Virus record (IMG/VR): IMGVR_UViG_3300049924_000065
Coordinates: 1-25,672 of that record
Direction: 5' to 3' (one strand)
Source of the DNA: a virus
Lineage: Duplodnaviria > Caudoviricetes
Length of the DNA stretch: 25,672 bases
Translations under genes and position numbers: made by a program
Shown here: positions 1 through 7,874 of the stretch, in pieces
How positions within the stretch are numbered: position 1 is the stretch's first letter
Layout: each line of letters opens with the position of its first letter
Notes under the pieces: model-generated
What the model was told of the DNA's origin: nothing
Database searches by the model: none
What the model saw: the letters and a program-made list of their open reading frames with translations, nothing else

Positions 1-63
1 ATGTTAGCCAACTCTGTTGACAATTTGTCAACAAAATTACTTGCTGAGGAGCCTCTTGTATGA
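1..63 (+). CDS. Probable 3' end of an upstream gene (MLANSVDNLSTKLLAEEPLV*), likely truncated by the window edge
   Basis: Frame 1 is open to TGA at 61-63, which overlaps the next ATG (ATGA at 60-63). It also contains GAGGAG, the SD for the next ORF. Confidence 0.45.
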   Translation: MLANSVDNLSTKLLAEEPLV

Positions 64-254
64 ACCACGAAGAACCGGAGGCCGTTGTTGTCTGTGTTTC
101 ATGCAAAGGTGTTTTAAGGCTCCATACCGCTGCATTTGACGGAAAGAATTACCGACATATCGGATGCCATCATCAACACGAAAAGGCGCTAGACAATGCT
201 AGAGACTATCAAAGCGAGCTTGCGAGCTATCGCCGCGAGAAGGATGGTGAGTGA
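60..254 (+). CDS. Hypothetical protein (64 aa, CxxC, possible Zn-binding)
   Basis: SD GAGGAG upstream, CVSC motif, 4-nt overlap with the next ORF. Confidence 0.65.
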   Translation: MNHEEPEAVVVCVSCKGVLRLHTAAFDGKNYRHIGCHHQHEKALDNARDYQSELASYRREKDGE

Positions 255-484
255 TGATGTTCTTTGTTAGAGAAGAAAATGGACAATGGATTGTTTTTAA
301 TGAGCGAGAAGAATTTGGCCGATTTGGTGAGCTTGAAAGAGCTTACGCCCTTGCAGACAGCCTAGATGCTGCCGACAAAGAGATTCAATCCTTAAAGGCG
401 GCAAGGCGCAGGGCATTAGACGAACTAGCTGCAGAAGCACAACCACTAGGTCTGTACGAAGATAATGCTGTAACAACAAAATAG
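251..484 (+). CDS. Hypothetical phage protein (77 aa)
   Basis: Coupled to the previous ORF (GTGA overlap), AAGGA upstream, helical C-terminus (ALDELAAEAQPLGLYE). Confidence 0.7.
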   Translation: MMMFFVREENGQWIVFNEREEFGRFGELERAYALADSLDAADKEIQSLKAARRRALDELAAEAQPLGLYEDNAVTTK

Positions 485-493
485 GGTTTACTT

Positions 494-2320
494 ATGCTAC
501 CTGAGTTTCTAACTAAACCAGATCCAGAGCTATTTCTCAGTGAGAACTACCTTGTTCTGGACTTCGAGACAGAGGGAGAGGACTATGGTTCTGCAATATA
601 CCCAAACAACAAAATAGTATGTGCTTGCTGGTGGTATAAAGGAGAGAAGAAGCAGGTATACGGTGGTGAGTTCGAGATGGACGAACTACTAGCTGATTTG
701 GATAGTTGTGACTTCTGGGTAGCACACAACGCCAAGTTTGAGATGGGATGGCTTTTACGCTGTGGTTGGGACATCGGCAGTAAGATGTGCTACGACACCA
801 TGATTGGCGACTACGTGCTTGCAGGTAACCGAGCATGGAAGCTAGACCTAAACTCTGTAGCTGCTAGGCACGAATTCGGAGCTAAGGAGAACGTAGTTAG
901 CAAGTGGATTAAGGCAGGTGTCCCTTGTTCGCAAATACCGGACAAGTGGCTGTTGAGCTATTGCCACAAAGACGTGGAGATAACAAAGGATGTTATGTGG
1001 ATACAAAGACTCCTGTTGTTTGGTAAAGGCTTACAGAAGGTATTTTATTCTCGTATGCTGGCTACACCCGTTCTCACAGACATTGAGCGTAGAGGCTTAC
1101 AGCTAGACAAGGAGCGAGTCAAGAAGGTGTTAGCCAACTACAGAATGGGTCTGGAAATTGTCGAGACAGAACTAAAGAACACAACAGGAGGCATTAACCT
1201 AAACAGCAACAAACAGCTTTCAACCTTCCTGTTTGATGTTATGAAGTTTGACCCGCCTAAAGCCTACAACGGCAAGGAGATGGTGACAAAGGGGGGTGCT
1301 GTGTCGGTTAGTGCAGAGGCTATCTCTGCTTTGAAACCAAAGAACCAGAAACAAGCCAAGTTCATCAAACTATACAAGGAATACAACAGCTATACCCAAG
1401 CTATAACGAAGTATCTGGAGAAGTTCGAGGAGTGTTGTGAGAAGGACGGAGGTGTGCTGTATGGGGAGCTACACCAAACCCGTACAGCAACACACAGGTT
1501 AAGCTCTACCGGCAGGAACTATGCTATACAGCTACAGAACATTCAACGTGATTTCAAGCCTATGTTCACAACAAGAAACCCGGACTGGGTGTTGTGCGAG
1601 GCTGATGAAAGCCAGCTTGAATATCGAATAGCGGTAGATATGAGTGATGATGTAGCCGGTACTGCTGACATAGTTAATGGTGCTGATGTACATTACCTGA
1701 CAGCATCCATTCTATTTGATGGCTTTACCGAGTTAGACCCTAAGAGTGTAGAGTACAAGAAACTACGCACTATGGCTAAGGCCAGCACCTTCAAACCTAC
1801 GTATGGGGGTATAACCGGCACACCGAGAGAGATGGACTATTTCAAGGCTTTCAAAGCTAAACACAAACAGATGACAGCTATGCAGGAGGGATGGGTAAAC
1901 ACAGTTTTACGTGAGAAAAAGCTGACATTACCTACAGGCTTTATAGCCTATTGGCCTGATTGTAAGGTGACACGCTCTGGCTACATAACGGAGACATCCA
2001 AGATATACAACCTTCCTGTGCAGAACATGGCTACAGCCGAGATTGTGCCCTTAGCTCTGGTATGTTTGTGGCACAGGTTACGAGATGCAGGAGTGCAGAG
2101 CTATCTCACCAATACCGTACATGACTCAATTATTGCCGAGGTGCATCCAGAGGAGAAAGAAATATATGAAGAGTTAGCAAAAAAAGCCTTGACAACGGAT
2201 GCAAAGCGGGTTATGATGAGTCTGTACAATTATGAAATTAAAATCCCTTTGAATGCTGATGTGGAGTTCCGCAAACACTGGGGAGAAACTAAAGATTGGA
2301 AAGAAAGATTTTTAAATTAA
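494..2320 (+). CDS. polA: Family A DNA polymerase with 3'-5' exonuclease domain
   Basis: ExoI LDFETE, ExoII AHNAKFE, ExoIII YCHKD, TATHRLSS..LQNI, motif A EADESQLEYR, motif B RTMAKASTFKPTYGG, NLPVQ, motif C TVHDSI. No intron or intein apparent. Confidence 0.97.
   Translation: MLPEFLTKPDPELFLSENYLVLDFETEGEDYGSAIYPNNKIVCACWWYKGEKKQVYGGEFEMDELLADLDSCDFWVAHNAKFEMGWLLRCGWDIGSKMCYDTMIGDYVLAGNRAWKLDLNSVAARHEFGAKENVVSKWIKAGVPCSQIPDKWLLSYCHKDVEITKDVMWIQRLLLFGKGLQKVFYSRMLATPVLTDIERRGLQLDKERVKKVLANYRMGLEIVETELKNTTGGINLNSNKQLSTFLFDVMKFDPPKAYNGKEMVTKGGAVSVSAEAISALKPKNQKQAKFIKLYKEYNSYTQAITKYLEKFEECCEKDGGVLYGELHQTRTATHRLSSTGRNYAIQLQNIQRDFKPMFTTRNPDWVLCEADESQLEYRIAVDMSDDVAGTADIVNGADVHYLTASILFDGFTELDPKSVEYKKLRTMAKASTFKPTYGGITGTPREMDYFKAFKAKHKQMTAMQEGWVNTVLREKKLTLPTGFIAYWPDCKVTRSGYITETSKIYNLPVQNMATAEIVPLALVCLWHRLRDAGVQSYLTNTVHDSIIAEVHPEEKEIYEELAKKALTTDAKRVMMSLYNYEIKIPLNADVEFRKHWGETKDWKERFLN
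2189..2217 (+). promoter_or_regulatory. Sigma70-type promoter inside the 3' end of the polymerase gene
   Basis: TTGACA (2189-2194), 17-nt spacer, TATGAT (2212-2217), with an A-tract upstream. About 120 nt before the SPFH start. Confidence 0.7.
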
Positions 2321-2337
2321 CTACACTGGAGAAACAC

Positions 2338-3261
2338 ATGAATATGTTTAAAATTATTAGCACAGCTTTAGTACTTGTAATGCTTACCGCTTGTGGTGCA
2401 AAGGTAGAAGTACCTCCAGCCCATGTCGGTAAGATCATGACTAAAGATGGTTATCAGGATAATCTGATTCCTACCAGTAAGACACGTTTAGCCCCCTGTT
2501 GGGCTTATTGTGATCGTCTGGTAATTCTGGATGTATCAGATAAGTCATACCCTGAGAATATGAAAATCTTCATTCCTACAGATAAACTGAATGTTGATGT
2601 TGTTATTCAGACAACTCTGAGTATTAATCCAAAGAAAACCAATGAGTTGTTCGCAAGCTTGTCACCAACACAGATTGATGCAGACACATCTAATATTGAC
2701 AACAAACAAGTGTATAACACCTACGCTTCTCAGATTATTAAAGCTGAAGTGCGTGAATATCTATCCACTATGTCAATCTCACAAATTGCCAGCAGCAATG
2801 AGAAGATTAATGCAGACATCAGTAAGAAGCTGAGTAAGATTTTGTCAGAACGTACACCATTCTCAGTACGTTACGTAGGTATTACCAACATTGCTTATCC
2901 TAAGATCATTACAGATGCTCAGGAGAACGCAGCAGAGCGTCGTGAGCGTATTCAACAGGAAGAAGCACAGTTGCAAATCTCTAAGGTAACACTTGAGCGT
3001 CAATTGCAAGAACAACGTCTGACTCGTGCTATCGAGAAAGAAAAGGCTGAGACAGATGCTGTAGCAACCCTTACTGTAGCCAAAGCAGCAGCACAAGCTA
3101 TCCAAATTAAAGGTGAGGCAGAAGCTGAAGCTATTCGTGCCAAGACCAGTGCTTTACGTGAGAGTCCACAATATGTTGATCTGGTTAAAGCAGAGCGTTG
3201 GAATGGTGAGCTACCCACTACCGTTATGGGTGATGCTGTACCGATGATGCAGGTGAAATAA
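2338..3261 (+). CDS. SPFH/band-7 (prohibitin-like) lipoprotein
   Basis: Start moved from 2296 to ATG 2338 (GGAG SD). Signal peptide with lipobox LTA-C, then VPPAHVG, an Ala/Glu-rich coiled coil (KGEAEAEAIRAK) and a C-terminal ERWNGELP typical of SPFH proteins. Confidence 0.88.
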   Translation: MNMFKIISTALVLVMLTACGAKVEVPPAHVGKIMTKDGYQDNLIPTSKTRLAPCWAYCDRLVILDVSDKSYPENMKIFIPTDKLNVDVVIQTTLSINPKKTNELFASLSPTQIDADTSNIDNKQVYNTYASQIIKAEVREYLSTMSISQIASSNEKINADISKKLSKILSERTPFSVRYVGITNIAYPKIITDAQENAAERRERIQQEEAQLQISKVTLERQLQEQRLTRAIEKEKAETDAVATLTVAKAAAQAIQIKGEAEAEAIRAKTSALRESPQYVDLVKAERWNGELPTTVMGDAVPMMQVK

Positions 3262-3262
3262 T

Positions 3263-3586
3263 ATGGTGTTGTTACTTAATCTTCTACAAATCATCTTGAT
3301 TGCTGTAGGTATTTACAGTGCTTGGCGATACAAGAACATTTACTATGTTATTGGAACTCTTGTAATCCTTTTTATTCTACAAGCAGCTCAACCGAGTTAT
3401 CTACCCAAAGGGGAGATTGAAAGGTCTGATATTGCAGAGTTTGAGGATGCGGGGAGGATTAATGATTTGCAACCAAAACCTGTCTCTGGGTCTGATCGGG
3501 ATAAAAACCACGAAGAAGCAGTTAAACGAGGTCTAATATTTTTACAAGATAAACAAGTTAAATCAACAACAGAGGAAATACAATGA
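3263..3586 (+). CDS. Membrane protein with two N-terminal TM helices
   Basis: Two hydrophobic stretches (approx. aa 1-21 and 26-42) followed by a hydrophilic tail. Starts 1 nt after the SPFH stop. Confidence 0.8.
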   Translation: MVLLLNLLQIILIAVGIYSAWRYKNIYYVIGTLVILFILQAAQPSYLPKGEIERSDIAEFEDAGRINDLQPKPVSGSDRDKNHEEAVKRGLIFLQDKQVKSTTEEIQ

Positions 3587-4233
3587 GTACAGTTATTGGT
3601 GTAGTAAAAGCATTAAGTAGTAAAGCTGCTGGAAAAGGGACCGTTTATAGCATGAACGTAAACGAAACATGGTTTCAGATTGGTTGGGACAAGCCGAGCT
3701 TTAGCAAAGGCGACAAGGTTAAGTTCGACTATGAAGAAACCCAGTATGGCAACAAAGTAAAAGGTAAGGTTCAGGTGAGTAAATCAGATGGCACTGACCC
3801 AGCACCGAGTTCTGGTGGTAGTAAGACTGCTTACAATGCTGATGGTGGTCAGAAGGACACCTATTGGGCTGATAAGGAGAAGTATGACAAGCAAGTCACA
3901 GCACCACTCATCCACTTCCAAAACGCTACCACGAACGCAGTCCAGATTGTTATTGCTGCGCTGAATAAGGATATTCTACCTGTTCCAGCAGGTAAGAAGA
4001 AGGCTGACCAGTTTGAACATCTCATGGAAATTGTTGCTCAGGTTCGGGATGAAATTAACCAGAGCTATGTGGATAAAATGGCAGAGTTGCAGGGAGTTAA
4101 GAAAAGCCCTGTAAATGAAGCTATGAAAAGCAAAGCACCAGTAAACATTCCAGATGTTGATTTGGGTGAACCACCCGAAGAAGATTTTCCTGCCAATGGT
4201 GGTGCGGGTGCATCAGAAGATGACTGGAGTTAA
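3583..4233 (+). CDS. Probable single-stranded DNA-binding protein
   Basis: Beta-rich OB-fold-like N-terminus (KGDKVKFDYEETQYGNK), acidic C-terminal tail ending near an aromatic residue (SEDDWS), located in the replication module, SD GAGG. Confidence 0.7.
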   Translation: MSTVIGVVKALSSKAAGKGTVYSMNVNETWFQIGWDKPSFSKGDKVKFDYEETQYGNKVKGKVQVSKSDGTDPAPSSGGSKTAYNADGGQKDTYWADKEKYDKQVTAPLIHFQNATTNAVQIVIAALNKDILPVPAGKKKADQFEHLMEIVAQVRDEINQSYVDKMAELQGVKKSPVNEAMKSKAPVNIPDVDLGEPPEEDFPANGGAGASEDDWS

Positions 4234-4251
4234 GCAATAAAGAAGTATGTT

Positions 4252-4274
4252 TCCCTCCCTTCGGGGAGGGTTTC
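4252..4274 (+). terminator. GC-rich UUCG hairpin, probable (leaky) intrinsic terminator after the SSB gene
   Basis: CCCTCCC-TTCG-GGGAGGG followed by TTTC. Identical to the element after the major capsid gene. Confidence 0.7.
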
Positions 4275-4420
4275 ACTATAGACAAAGAACTATTGCTCGT
4301 TAGGCGAGTGGGAACAGGCTATAGACTGGCGAAATCCCTTGCAGTAGTTCTTCGTGTGTGGTGAATCACCTGCCTGTTTGATTTATCAAACTACCACACA
4401 ACCTTTTATTTAACAGGAGA
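4272..4420 (+). ncRNA. Candidate structured cis-regulatory RNA or processing site
   Basis: 25-position stem 4272-4296/4341-4365 (20 Watson-Crick, 3 G-U, 2 mismatches) around a 44-nt structured loop. Competing helix 4355-4362/4393-4400. GCCTGTT (4372-4378) is complementary to the loop and, over 6 nt, to the SD region. Confidence 0.5.
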
Positions 4421-4424
4421 GCTT

Positions 4425-4607
4425 ATGTCTAGTAAATACAGCAAAGAACAACTGAAAGAGTATGCTCAGAATACATTAGAGGCTAAAGAGAAGGGTAGTA
4501 TTTCCTATCCCCTGCTAGTTTCAGCTCTTGCGGGTATTATGGGTCTTACGCAAGAAGAAGTTGAGCGTAAGATACAAGAACTGGCAGACACAGGAGAAAC
4601 AACGTGA
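4425..4607 (+). CDS. Hypothetical protein (60 aa, helical)
   Basis: Strong SD (TTTAACAGGAG), overlaps the exonuclease start. Confidence 0.8.
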   Translation: MSSKYSKEQLKEYAQNTLEAKEKGSISYPLLVSALAGIMGLTQEEVERKIQELADTGETT

Positions 4608-5473
4608 CAGTGCTTCTAATTGATGCAGACTTCTTGGCTTACAGGAATACAGCAGCGTGTCAATACACCAACTATTTTCTTAGAGAGGAAGGCAATGAGT
4701 TCGGCACAGCGGTCAAGGGCAAGAAGAATGCGGAGAGCTTCATTAAGGAAAACCCAACATATTCGATTGTATCATCTGAGGACGTTTTAGAAGATTGGGA
4801 GAGGTGTAAGGACTCTATTGATGCGACAATAAACCACATCTTAGGTGCTTGCTCTTACAACCCAACTAACGAGGGTTATAAGCATAGCGATGATGTCTAT
4901 TTCTTTGTTTCAGGCAAGGATAACTTCCGTTACACCTTAACACCTACCTACAAACACAGCCGTAAAGATAAGCCAAAACCACATTGGCACGATAAAGCAC
5001 ACAAATACCTCGTAGACTATTATGCTGCTAAAGAAAGTCATGGTAGAGAGAGCGACGACATGATGCACGAAGGGGTTTTATTTTGTAGGAAACATGGCCT
5101 TGATTATATATTAGTGCATATGGATAAGGACATAGATCAATTGGCAGGAAAGCACTATAACCCAGTCACTAATGAGCATTACACAGTAACACAAAAAGAG
5201 GCAACTAAATTCTTATATGAGCAAATACTTTCTGGTGACAGCGTAGATTCTATAGAGGGAATTAGAGGTATCGGGGTAGGCAAGGCCAATAAGTTAATTT
5301 CTCCCTGCAATTCAGCAAAGGAATGTTTAGAGGTATGCGTCAAGGAGTACACTAAAGCCTATCCTGACGATGGTGAAGCTCGCATGAAATTGTGTGCACA
5401 GCTAGTTTATTTAAGAGGTCACAGTGATGATTCTATCTTCAAACGAAAAGAGTGGCTTGAACGCTACACTTAA
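4604..5473 (+). CDS. 5'-3' exonuclease (T7 gp6/T5 D15/FEN-like)
   Basis: IDAD, NFR..PTYK.SR, ESDD, DKDIDQ and the helix-3-turn-helix GDSVDSIEGIRGIG. GTG start with CAGGAG SD. Confidence 0.93.
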   Translation: MTVLLIDADFLAYRNTAACQYTNYFLREEGNEFGTAVKGKKNAESFIKENPTYSIVSSEDVLEDWERCKDSIDATINHILGACSYNPTNEGYKHSDDVYFFVSGKDNFRYTLTPTYKHSRKDKPKPHWHDKAHKYLVDYYAAKESHGRESDDMMHEGVLFCRKHGLDYILVHMDKDIDQLAGKHYNPVTNEHYTVTQKEATKFLYEQILSGDSVDSIEGIRGIGVGKANKLISPCNSAKECLEVCVKEYTKAYPDDGEARMKLCAQLVYLRGHSDDSIFKRKEWLERYT

Positions 5474-5969
5474 AGTCTGCGGAGTATGTAAAGAGCATCT
5501 ACTAACAAGTATGTTCTACAGAACTAAGAGAACAAAGGATGGGTTACAGTACCGATGTAAGTCCTGTGAGTATAAGGCATACAGAAAGAGGTATGAGGCT
5601 AATCCAGATAGAGTAAAAGTTGTAAAGCAGAGATATAGGGATAAGGACAGAGCTAAAGTTAGGAAGATAGCTTCGGATTCTGGAAAAAGAGAACACTGTA
5701 GAAAAGGTAAAACAGAGTATCAGCGAGAGTGGCGCAAAACTTATCCCGCTAAATACAAAGCCCATCAAGCTGTGTCCTCAGCCATTAAAAAGGGAATTCT
5801 GCTCAAGCCTACCACCTGCGATTCTTGTGCTAGCGAACAGCGGATCGTAGCTCACCATGCTGATTACCTAAAACCACTAGAAGTGGAATGGTTGTGTGAT
5901 TCTTGCCACAATAAGTGGCATCTTGAAAACGGAGAAGGTCTTAATGCCAAAGAAAACACCACCCAGTAA
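5427..5969 (+). CDS. HNH endonuclease with N-terminal Zn finger (probable homing endonuclease)
   Basis: CGVC...CKSC, basic linker, then CDSC...AHHADY..PLEVEWLCDSCHNKWH. ATG 5427 has an AGAGG SD (the track starts at GTG 5424). Confidence 0.85.
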   Translation: MILSSNEKSGLNATLKVCGVCKEHLLTSMFYRTKRTKDGLQYRCKSCEYKAYRKRYEANPDRVKVVKQRYRDKDRAKVRKIASDSGKREHCRKGKTEYQREWRKTYPAKYKAHQAVSSAIKKGILLKPTTCDSCASEQRIVAHHADYLKPLEVEWLCDSCHNKWHLENGEGLNAKENTTQ

Positions 5970-6321
5970 AGCATATCCAGCATGGACTGAGGCTCGCGTC
6001 AGAAGTTTCGTAACCTCTGGTATACGCTCTGTTCAACGTAGATGGCCTCCCATGCAACTCGCAAAAAACGAAGGTCGCATTAAAAAGGAAGTCAACGGTA
6101 AAATGTTGTTCTTCTACCAATGTGCTTGTTGTGAGAAATGGTTTAGAGATAAGGACATACAGATGGATCACAAGATACCTTGTGGTAGCTGGAAAACCTT
6201 TGACGAACTAGGGGCATGGGTAGAGAGACTTTTTTGCCATAAGGACGGATGGCAGCGGTTGTGTCGTCCATGTCATCAAATTAAGACAAATCTAGAGAGG
6301 GAGGGAAGATGCAAAAAATAG
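5944..6321 (+). CDS. HNH endonuclease (probably a core phage nuclease)
   Basis: YQCACC...QMDHKIP...QRLCRPCHQIKT. Start moved to ATG 5944 (GGAG SD at 5931). Confidence 0.87.
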   Translation: MPKKTPPSKAYPAWTEARVRSFVTSGIRSVQRRWPPMQLAKNEGRIKKEVNGKMLFFYQCACCEKWFRDKDIQMDHKIPCGSWKTFDELGAWVERLFCHKDGWQRLCRPCHQIKTNLEREGRCKK

Positions 6322-6845
6322 AATTAACACAAGAGTATTTAATGAGATGTTTGCTCTATAGTCCAGACACTGGTGTATTTACATGGTTATCGAGACCAAC
6401 CGAGCATTTTAGCTCGACTAAGAACTGTCGCATGTTTAATACCAGATGGAGTGGTAACGTAGCTGGTGGCAAGAATAATAGAGGATATATCTTTATAGGG
6501 TTAGACGGTCGGAATTATCTTGCACATAGACTTGCGTGGTTGTATGTAACTGGGAAGTGGCCAAACGATCTACTAGACCATATAGATGGTAATAGGATCA
6601 ACAATCGTATCGCCAATTTACGCGAAGCTACACATATGGAGAACTTCCAAAATACGCGCAATCCCTACAAAAATAACGCTACAGGTATGCAGGGAGTAAG
6701 TTACCACAAAGCTTCTGGAAAATACGCCGCTCAACTACAGACAAAACACAAACAGAGGCATTTAGGTTTGTATTTAACTCCGGAGGAAGCGTTTGCTGCC
6801 TATGTTGAGGCTAAACGCAAGCAACATCCATTCTGTACTATTTAG
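6309..6845 (+). CDS. HNH homing endonuclease with C-terminal AP2-like DNA-binding domain
   Basis: YSPDTGVFTW, AHRLAWLYVTG, DHIDGNRINNRIANLR, then GVSYHK..KYAAQL..HLGLYLTPEEAFAAY. Confidence 0.93.
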   Translation: MQKIELTQEYLMRCLLYSPDTGVFTWLSRPTEHFSSTKNCRMFNTRWSGNVAGGKNNRGYIFIGLDGRNYLAHRLAWLYVTGKWPNDLLDHIDGNRINNRIANLREATHMENFQNTRNPYKNNATGMQGVSYHKASGKYAAQLQTKHKQRHLGLYLTPEEAFAAYVEAKRKQHPFCTI

Positions 6846-6861
6846 AAAGAGAGGCTAGGAA

Positions 6862-7110
6862 ATGAGCATATCACAGCAAGTTAAGGCATTAGAGGATAGG
6901 ATAAAGTTTCTTGAAGATAGTCTTGCCTCTGAGCGCAAGAAGGGCTATAGGGATGCCCTTCGGCACTTCGAGGTTAAAACCAAGTTTGTTGTGGATGAAT
7001 TTGCAGATGTGATGATGGTTATGTTAAGAGTTAATCCAGCCCCAGCACACGAAACAGCGGGTGCTTTATGGGGTGTTATGCACAAGCGTATGATTGAGGA
7101 TTCTAAATGA
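6862..7110 (+). CDS. Hypothetical protein with N-terminal coiled coil
   Basis: SD GAGG upstream, ATGA overlap with the next gene. Confidence 0.75.
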   Translation: MSISQQVKALEDRIKFLEDSLASERKKGYRDALRHFEVKTKFVVDEFADVMMVMLRVNPAPAHETAGALWGVMHKRMIEDSK

Positions 7111-7874
7111 AGAGGCATATAGTCATTCCAGATTGCCAGATACGAAAGGAGGATGATTTAGACTTCTTACGTTGTATTGGTGAATACATTGTCGATATGA
7201 AACCAGACAACATTATCTGTCTGGGTGACTTCGCAGATTTACCTTCCCTATCCTCCTACGACAAGGGTACAGCACGTTCTTGGAACCAAACCTACGAGGA
7301 GGACATTGAGGCGGCTAAACGTGGTATGGAGGTGTTGGTTAGCCCTATAGCTAAAGCCTCTGCCCGCACCATTAAAAACAAGAAAAAGTCTTGGATTCCT
7401 AAGCTGGATTTAACTTTAGGTAATCACGAAGAACGGCTTATGCGCTATGCCAATGCTAATCCAGAGATGTTAGGCAAGATTTCCTACAAGGACTTAGGTT
7501 ATGAATACTTTGGTTGGACTGTGCATGACTTCTTAAAGCCTGTTAGTATTGATGGTATTGCCTACTGTCATTACCTGCCAAACCCTATGTCGGGTAAGCC
7601 TTATGGTGGTACAGCTCTTTCAATCTTGCAGAAAGTAGGAACCAGCTTTATTGTAGGGCATAAGCAAGGACTGGAAGTTGCTACACGAAACATTCCCTTG
7701 ACAGGAATTGCTCAGTGGGGCATAATCGCAGGCTCGGCATATGAACATGATGAATCTTATAAGGGATATACAGGTAACCATCATTTCAGAGGTATTGTTG
7801 TACTCAATGAGGTAGAGAATGGTGCATTTGATCCTATGTTTGTTTCACTTAACTATCTAAAGAGGACTTATTAA
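7107..7874 (+). CDS. Calcineurin-like metallophosphoesterase
   Basis: IPDCQ, GDFAD, GNHE, YCHY and GHKQ motifs in the canonical order. Confidence 0.9.
   Translation: MKRHIVIPDCQIRKEDDLDFLRCIGEYIVDMKPDNIICLGDFADLPSLSSYDKGTARSWNQTYEEDIEAAKRGMEVLVSPIAKASARTIKNKKKSWIPKLDLTLGNHEERLMRYANANPEMLGKISYKDLGYEYFGWTVHDFLKPVSIDGIAYCHYLPNPMSGKPYGGTALSILQKVGTSFIVGHKQGLEVATRNIPLTGIAQWGIIAGSAYEHDESYKGYTGNHHFRGIVVLNEVENGAFDPMFVSLNYLKRTY
7698..7726 (+). promoter_or_regulatory. Sigma70-type promoter inside the phosphoesterase gene
   Basis: TTGACA (7698-7703), 17-nt spacer, CATAAT (7721-7726). Lies upstream of the HAD-to-RNR gene block. Confidence 0.65.

Noticed and set aside
494-2320. DpoZ / 2-aminoadenine genome
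   Set aside because: No purZ, datZ or mazZ in the window, and no diagnostic residues I can verify by eye.
4247-4303. 18-codon ORF MFPSLRGGFHYRQRTIAR as a leader peptide
   Set aside because: No SD and it runs through the terminator hairpin; likely chance.
4290-4340. HDV/theta-like ribozyme resemblance (CTA-TTGCTCGT-TAG, GGG, short CAG/CTG hairpin, GCGAA)
   Set aside because: No compatible P1 5' strand or P2 pairing could be built in the required nested double-pseudoknot order. Pistol, hammerhead and cobalamin-riboswitch cores also did not fit.
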